DNA from: the human T2T-CHM13v2.0 reference genome, Homo sapiens
Direction: 5' to 3' (one strand)
Assembly: GCF_009914755.1 (NCBI RefSeq)
Contig: NC_060946.1
DNA length: 64,000 bases
Below, piece by piece: positions 56,081-64,000 of this stretch. Made by a program: the position numbers and the translations under genes. The stretch's first letter is position 1. The number at the start of each line of letters is the position of its first letter. The notes beneath the pieces were generated by a model, which saw only the letters and a program-made list of their open reading frames with translations, searched no databases and was not told the DNA's origin.

Positions 56081-56859
56081 TTCAGGGCATGTGGAAAGCG
56101 TCATCATTTAGTGGAGCCCCTCCCCCTCATCCTCCCTCCCTCCGCCCTTCACCTGCCACTGGGTGGGGCTCTGTGCCTGTCCCAGGTAGTGCTGGACACC
56201 CACAGACCAGAAGAGGTCCCTGCCCCAAAGAAGCTCACTGTCGGGTTGGTGACGGCCCAAATGTTAAGGCTCTGTCACTCCATCTCCTACAGGATGAAAC
56301 TCCATCCCCTTTTCCTGTGCCTGTGGCCCAGCCCACCTGCCCAGCCTCCTCTGCAGTGAGGTGCCGGAGCTCCAGCCATGTCAAACCTGCAAGGCACGGT
56401 GGCTGTCCTGGGCGGTCACTCCATGGCCTCCTCATAACCCCATGACAGGCCCACTATGTGCTGGGCTGGGCTGCCCTCCGCAGTGCTCCCAGGGCCCTGC
56501 ACCTTCACCTTCTGTCTCTGGCATGGGCTCGCCTACCTTGGACAAAACTACTTTGCCTCCCTGAGCCTCAGTTTCCCCATTTGCATAATGGGAATGACCT
56601 CAAAGGGTCAATGTGAGGATTAGATGAGAGACAAGATCATAACAGGCAATGGTCCTGTTGATTAACCCAAAATAAATGAATGCTTGGCGCTTCGTGGGTA
56701 CTTGGTCTCATCAACATCCCTTCTGCTTTTCCAGGAGGCCGAGGGGTCGGCAGGAAAAAGGGTGGACTTTGGAACTGAATGGATTTGGGTTTGGATCTCT
56801 GTTTGGCCACTCACCAGCTGTATGGCCTTGGCCAAGGCCGTTCACTTCTCTGTGCACTC

Positions 56860-57315
56860 GTGTCCTGTGCTGCCCCAACCAGATGACCACCCACTTTACA
56901 GTTCCAGAGTCTGAAATCAAATGGGTATCCCTGGGCCAAAATCCAGGGGTGCGCGGGGCCGCTCTTCCTGGAGGCTCCAGGGGAGGAGCCTCCTGTCCCC
57001 TTCCAGCCTCTAGTGGTACCCTCAGCTTGCGGCGGCATCACCCGGCCTTGGAGGGCAGCATCTTCAGATCTCCCTGCACTCCTCTTCCCACAGCCTCGGG
57101 GCGGATGCTCCCTCTGCCTCCCTCTTATAAGGATGCCTGTGATTGCATTAGGGCCCACCCTGATCATCCCAAATAATACCCCCATCTCAAAATCCTCCAC
57201 TCAACCCCTTCTGCAAAGTCCTTTTTTCCCTGCTTGCCGTATAAGGTAGCACTGGCAGGTTCCAGGGATTAGGATGCGGATATCTTTGGGGGCAGGGGAG
57301 CACTCTTAAGCCTTC
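56860..57315 (-). mobile_element. MaLR solo LTR (MLT1C/D-like)
   Basis: ctcttataaggatgcctgtgattgcattagggcccacc...ccatctcaaaatcc...ctgcaaagtcc...caggttccagggattagga..ggatatctttgggg. Confidence 0.8.
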
Positions 57316-58959
57316 CGCCCTCCAGGCATCTGCCGAGGCAGGTGAGGGCGTAGGCTCGGGGGCTATTGTGTGAGTCCAGTGAGACGGAGCATGTAAGCAT
57401 GTAAGCTGTCATCCACGGACCATTCAACAAATACTGCTGCGTCTCTGCTCCCGGCTGCGCTGGAGGAGGCATGTGCAGGTGACTATGCAGACTACCCTGG
57501 GAGACATTCCCCTGCCCCATTTCTGGGCACCTACTGCGTGCCAGGCCAAGCCCGACACCCCACATCTGTCGTGGCTTCATCCTCCATCCCTATTTACTAT
57601 TTCTCTGACTTCGGGAGGCCTGCTCCCCCGCAAACGCGACTGCTCACAGGGCGGCCTGGCGATGACTCATGCTCTCTCCCTTGGTGGAGAGCAGCCTTTT
57701 CAAAGGGCTGGCTGGGGAGGGAGCTAAATTTAAAGCCAGGCTTCCCGAGAAGATCACCTGCCACATCAAAATTGCAGCCATTTAATCGGGAGTCGGGGAC
57801 AGGAGGCATCGCACCCTCTTTCCTTTCTGAGAGGGTGGTGCTTGGAGGCCAAGACCCTGGGGCGGGCAGGGTGAGGGGGCTCCGGTTTGGTGCGACCAGC
57901 TGGTCCCAGGTCTCGACACGTTCCCTCACCTTCCCCCGCTTCCTTGCGGAGCAGCCCCCCACCCTCCCAAGGACCACCCCCAGCCCCTTCCTCCTCCAAG
58001 GGGTCCAATCCCCCAGCCCCCATTTCCTAAATTCAAAATCGAGGGCTCAGAGAGATTTCGATGCACCCTGCCCCCTCAAAGTCCTCCGGCAAGGGTGTGG
58101 CCAAGCTGGGCAGTGCCCTGGACTGGGTGGCTGCTCTGCTCCTTGGGTAGGGTGGACAGGGCGGGGTCAAGTTGTCACCTCTTTGAGCTTCTGTTTCCTT
58201 ATTTATCAATCAATTCCAGGCAGGAGGAAGCACTTTGGTGGGCCCTGGAGGGCATTGTGTTCACTCCACCTGTCTACCTGGGAGGAGGCGGAGGCCGTGA
58301 GGTGGGGAGACTCAGCCCAGGATCCTGGGAGGGAAAGAGGAGCCAGCCAGCAGCCAGGCCTCTGCCTCCCAGCCCTGGCCTCCTCTGAGGTGTAAGGCTG
58401 GCTTGCTCACTGCCGCCCTTGTGCCTTTGCCAGTGGGTGAGGCTGGCTGGCTGCCTGTCCCTGCTCCTGCTCTCCCAACTGACCACAGGAGCCTCGTGTC
58501 ACAGCAAAGCCATGGCTTCCCTGTGGCTACAGGGATGGGTCACAGGGAGGAAGGGCTGCCCACTGGTTAGGGGTGCTGGCTGTGGGGTCAGAGCTGAATC
58601 TGCATCTTGGCTGCTGCTGTATTGTGAGTCTTGACTGCTTGGGGCTGGGTACGTAGTAGTTGCTCTGTGTGCAGGCATCATCGCCATGGCTGACTGCGGT
58701 CCCACAGATTTGGAAGGTGTGGTGAGCTGGGTGCCGGGGTCCGGGAAGCTCGCAGGCCAGATGCACTGCACAGATGCCAGCAGTGGGGTTTGCCAAAGGC
58801 CATCATCTCATCCCTGGGGGTTCCACAGTCTCCCAGCTCCTCCTCTCTGGCCTGCCCACCTGCCTCTTGGTCACAAGTGTAAACACAGGTTTCTCTTCCA
58901 GGCCTGGCAAGGAGGCAAGAGGCGGCTTCTGTCTGCAAACAAAGTGCATGCAGCAGGCC

Positions 58960-59505
58960 CAGCTCTAAGCCACACCATGACCCCCCTCCCCAGTGTTTCC
59001 CTGTAACTACACTGCACTGTGAAAGGAACTTTGCAGGTGTCACAAAGGTGACTGATCAGCAAACCTTAAGAGGAGATGATCTGGCTCAGCTGACCTTGTC
59101 ACATGAGTCCTTTAAAAGCAGAGCATTTTCTCTGACTGGTGACAGCAGCTGGGGCCCAAGAGACCCCGGGTGAGAGGGGTAGGCATGAGGTAGTGCGGTG
59201 CAGGGGTCTCAGGGCAAGGCAGTGAGGAGCTAAGAGCCCCCAACCAACACCAGCAAGGACACAGGACCTCAGTCCTACAGCCACAAGGAGCTGGATTCTG
59301 CTGACACCCCCAGATAAGCCCAGGAGCCTCCAGGCGAGGGCCCGGCCCTGCTGATACCTTGAGGTCAGCCTTGTGAGACCCTAAGCAGATAACCCACTGA
59401 GCCCACGCAGACTTCTGGCCTCCAGGACTGTGAAACAGCAGGTGGGTGGTGATTTAAGAGTTCAAGTTTGTGGCAGTTTGTTACATTTTGCAGCAATAGA
59501 AATAC
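58960..59505 (+). mobile_element. MaLR solo LTR (MLT1E/F-like)
   Basis: gactgatcagc...acatgagtcctttaaaagcagag...cctcagtcctacagccacaaggagctggattctgc...ccttgtgagaccctaagcaga...gtttgtggcagtttgttac...gcagcaatagaaa. Confidence 0.8.
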
Positions 59506-62500
59506 CCACGTCCTCAGCAACCACTCATGCTACTGCCTTTTTAAAGGGGTGCAGAGCCTTACAGCCCATCCTCCACTGTCCCTCGAGGGGACAGCCCCTG
59601 ACCTCGCCACTCCTCTGCTTACAGACCTTCCATGGGTACCTTCAGGATGAAGTCTGAGCTCCCGATGGTTGGGCATTCAACGTGGGAAAGAAAAGACATC
59701 GTCTCCATCAGTTTGGAGAAGATTGGCTGCAGGGGCCCTGCTATGTGCTGGGGGCAGCTGAGTCTCACAAGGGACTGAGCTCCCAGGGAAATGCCTGGAC
59801 TCCAGAGGCTGCTGTGCAGACCTGTCTGTCCCCCCGAGTCCTAGGGCTCAGGGCCCATGGAGATGCCCCTGGGTCAGGGACCACCGAGCAGCCCAGGCAC
59901 ACTGGGAGGACGTCGGCTACGAGGTGACACGGAGCCAGGAGGCTTGGGGGACTGGGGAGCACCAACTTCACTTCCCAAAGCTGAAACACAAGAGACCCCG
60001 GGGATGCAGGCTGTTCCTGGCCTCAGTTTCCTCATCTGTAGGCGATCACTGATGATAAGCCCCGCTCGGGTAGCACCGGGCTCTGTTCTCAGCGTGTGAT
60101 GCGCATTACATCGTAAGGTGGGGTAGGTGCTATTTGTCAGTGCTGTCAATAGTCAATATCACAGTTTCCCAGGCAAGGAGCTGAGGAGACAGGTGTGGCT
60201 GGAACAGTGGCTCTCAGGCAGGGGGAGGGGCTGGTGAATGAGGGCCCTGGTTCTGGCTTTGTGGCTGTGTCCTGGGCTTGCCTCCTGGCACCCCACGTAG
60301 CAGCTGGGGACCTGGACCAGATGGACTGGCTACCTCCTGCCGCCCCATGTCCTCCTCTGTAAATCGGGGACAGTGATGACTGGCCTCAGCCCAAGGCTGG
60401 CTCACAGGAGGCAGAGGTTCTGTCCAGGGGAAGTGAGAGGTCCCCACCATAGCTCAGATGCTCAACCCCTCCCCACAGCTCTGTGGCATCAGGTTCATCT
60501 GGGGAAATGGCGGAATCCACTCCTGTTTCCCGGCGCTGTGCGTCTAACCCGGGCTTGGCATCTCTGCAGCTGGCGGCTGTCACAGCTCACTGCATCCTAC
60601 CGCCAGGCATCTGAAACCCAGCCCGGGACGGCGAGAATTTAGATGGTGCCAATTGGCAGGTGGAGCTGAGCACCCAGCAATGAGCCTCACTTGCACAGAG
60701 CCCCGCCTACCCTGCAGCGGGCCCCAGAGTAATGCAGTAATAATAATAACAAACACGATGACAGGCAGGATCTTTGGTGTGTGCGGGAGTCCCTGAAGTT
60801 CACTGAGCGCCCTCCACACCTGCTCATGCCTTGCATCCATGCAGGGAATAGGGTCAGGTGCTACCCTCTTCTCAGAGAGGTTGTGCCATGGGCCAGAGGT
60901 CACACAGCCCGTGAGAGGCAAAGCTGGGCAGAAATCTGAGGACCCTGATGCAGATGCTCGTGCTACTGCTGGGGAAGCTCCTTCTCAGAGCTTCTGTCTT
61001 GGGGCACTAGGGTGAGGGCTCTGCTCTGTAGACCAGTCATTTTATATCCCCAAGGCGGAGGCAGGCAGCCCAGGCCAGAACAGGAGCCTCAACTTTGTAG
61101 CTGTGTGCCCTGCACGAGTCACATGGCCCCTCTGAGATTAAGATCTACCTTTTTTCTCTGACCAGGTCACCAGCTCCTTGAGTACAGGGAGTGTGCCTTC
61201 TCTCCCCATTCTTCCTGGGCTAGGCACAGAGTATTGGCAGAACACTCTGTTTAACTGAAGCCGAATGAAGGCCCCCACTTACCGGGGGCTCTGTGCCTCA
61301 CGGTGTCACTCAGGTGGTTTACCTGAATCTTCACAACCATCCTAGGAGTCACTTCTATGCATTCCCTATTAACAGATTAAAAAATCAAACAGGCCCAGAG
61401 AGGTTAGGGGACTTGCCCAGGGGCACACAGCTGGCAGTGCACAGCTGAGATTTGAACTTGGATCTGTCCCTCCTTAGCCCCCGCCCTAAGCCTCTACTCC
61501 TGACCTCAGTGCAACAAAGAACAGAGTAGAGAGCTCTGGAGTGGGAGCTTATCCTGGGTCTACCTCTCTAGGCCTTGGTTTCCCCACCTGCTCCATGCTC
61601 ATTGCTGTTCGGGCCCCTCCAGCTCACAGTGGGAGGCTCTGGTAGGCTCTGTACAGCACTGGCTTCTGGCTGGTTTAGCCCAGGCGCCGAGAGGCAGGTT
61701 ATCTGGGATTAAACAGCTCAGGCCCCCATGGCCCAGGCTGGAATTCCAGGCCTCTTTGATTGTGCTGAGCAGCCTCTCCCAATCTTGTAAATTGTTTGGC
61801 TTGGCCTCACGGAGCAACCTTTGTTATTGCAAAATCTCATGTTTCCATAAAGCCCAGGGAAAGAAGAGGCTTTGGCGGCAGGTTCCAGCGACTGTCTGAA
61901 TTCTGTTCTTGTGAGGCTCCCAGCTGTGGGGACGCCAGCCCGGGGCTGAGCGGCAGGGTGGAGGCCGTGGCCCTGGCCAGGTGGCCCAAGCCTGTGTGGG
62001 CACCAGCCAGCCGCAGCCTGGTCACCAGTCAACATCTGAGATGAACCAGAACTGCCACAGAGATGCCCAAGGGCCAGACGGGGTGAGACTGAGATGAGGA
62101 AGCCGGGGGAGGTGTTCCCATGGTCACAGGCCTGGGACACTCCACAGACCCTGTCCAAGGGCTCTCAGGCAGATCGGGACCAGCCAAGCCCTGGTTCCTT
62201 TGGAAGAGGAGAAAGGAAGGGAAACTCCAGCTTCCAGAGCTTGGATTCATAAACCTCCTGCCAGGCCTGGGCCTTTACAAACATTTCCTCATGAGCACCA
62301 CCAGCCCACCATGAGCAAGGCACTATTATTTTTGCACTGTTACAGCTGAGGATAGGAAGGATCAGAGAGGTTAAGTACCCTGTCCAGGGTCACACAGCTG
62401 GTCAGTAGAAGATGTTGTCTGCGCTGGGTTGGATTTCCAAACCCTTCAGAATCATTTATGCCAACATTGCTTTCTCAGTTGGAGAAAGCCAGGTTTCAAC

Positions 62501-63844
62501 TTGGTGTCCAGGAGCTGCCTCTGCCTCAGTCTCTCCACCCTGGATCCAGGCCCCATGAGGGACCAGGCCCTCTGCGGTTGGGTTTGCTGACATCCTGCTC
62601 TAGGTCCCCCAGAATGCCACGCCGGGTACTGGAGCCCAGGCCAAGAGAGAGGATGGGCTGCCTTCTGCCCCAGGGCACCATGGGAATATCTGGGAGCACT
62701 GCTTGCAAAGATGGATCCCCAGAACCCTGGCTTGCTAGAGCGACCTTCTAGGACCAGCAGCATGAGCCTCAGTTACTGATGAGAAAATGGAGGTTCTGAG
62801 GGTCCGGTGAGTTGCTCAAGGCCCCTGCGTAGTGAGCCTCCTTGCCACCTTCATGTTTCATTTCAATGTGACAGTTACAGATTTGCAGTCAGACTCTTGG
62901 GTCTGCCTCCTGTCTGTGCCCCCTTGGACAAAACACTTTCCTTTTGTAAGCCTCAATTTCCTCGTCTTTGAAACGGGGCCCACAGTTCCTCCCTTTTAGG
63001 GACCTGGGATGGTTGGTCAGTGGAGGCCATATAACTAACTGATTTACCACAAAGCCTGGCACACAGTAGGGCCTCTGCTTTGCAGTCCTCACCGCCTGCC
63101 CCCACTAGCGGTCAGTACCTATAGTTTGATATTTCACTGAGACACAGCAGTCACCGCTGCTGTATCTTAAGCACCTGCCGTGTGCAAGGTGCTCCGCTAG
63201 GCACTTGGTATCATCATCCGTGACAGTAACCACAACCGCTGTTTTGAGCCGCTCGTTGGGCGCAATTCTGTGCACTTCAGAAACATCTCAATGGCTGCAA
63301 TGTGGGTGCTGTCATCACCACACCCATCTCACAAACGAAGAAACTGAGGCTGGAAAGTGACTTGCCCAAGGCAAAAGGCTAGCACCTTTGGTCAGTAGAG
63401 CGGAGGTCCTGTCCTTCTGAGCCAGCTCGGGGACCCTGGGGCAGAGCCTGGCCTGCCAGGAGAGGAGGGAGGGAGCAGTGAGGAAGGTTGGCGAGGGGGT
63501 TGGGTGCAGATGGGCAAAAATGGGAACCTGCAGGCTGCCAGGTGCCTCCCAGGGTGGAGTCAATAGGGCTGAGGACCCACAAACTGTCTTGGCCAAGGCC
63601 CCGACCTGGACTCTGGAGTATGGCGGTCAGCGCAGGATGGGTCTGTGCCACAGACATAGGGACCGGTCTGCATGGGACTCTGCCCTTGACAACGGGGGCT
63701 CACAGTCCCTAGGTGAGCTGGCTTCACTGGGCAGAGTCCCTCGGTCCTCTAGCTCTAGATACTCAGCCATTCCTCCTAGTACCCCCCTCTCAGTACTCAC
63801 TGGTGCCATCTTGTCCAAGACTCACTGTCTCCTGCCTGGACTTA

Positions 63845-64000
63845 GGCAGTAGCCAACAATCTCTCTGACTCCATTCTCTGGCCCACTGAGCCATCCTTCA
63901 CATGGAGCCAAAGGATCTGTGTGAAATCCACATCCAACAGCATCGCTCTCCCGCTCAAGACCCTCCTGTGGCTCCCTATTTACTTTCAGGCTAAAGTCTG
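63845..64000. mobile_element. L2 fragment, truncated by the window end
   Basis: ccatccttcacatggagccaaaggatc...ctcccgctcaagaccctcctgtggctccc resembles L2. Confidence 0.55.

Noticed and set aside
53922-56445. His/Thr-rich and Cys/Val-rich ORFs up to 427 aa
   Set aside because: Translations of the TG-rich low-complexity array.

Overview
Mammalian, almost certainly human, genomic DNA with primate Alus, MIR/L2/L1/MLT1/MER repeats and a CpG island. The window holds most of the SHISAL1 (KIAA1644, shisa-like 1) gene on the minus strand. Three coding exons (20735-20833, 16528-16741, 5282-5599) have clean AG/GT boundaries. They splice into 599 nt of CDS encoding a 199-aa type-I membrane protein: signal peptide, six-Cys shisa-like ectodomain, TM helix and Pro/Gln-rich tail. 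The stop codon is split (TG|A), and I could not find the terminal exon, which probably lies left of the window. There are two candidate non-coding first exons: one in the CpG island (donor at 51340) and one internal (donor at 32602). The rest is intronic or upstream sequence with dispersed repeats, several large tandem repeats and candidate regulatory motifs. Almost all other ORFs in the six-frame track are artefacts of GC-rich or repetitive DNA. I see no convincing novel multi-gene system. The most testable leads are a uORF overlapping the start codon, inverted Alus flanking exons 2-3 (possible translatable circRNA), the split stop codon with an in-frame intronic backup, a perfect RFX X-box, uORFs and CGG runs in the CpG-island leader, and an L2-derived G-rich VNTR.
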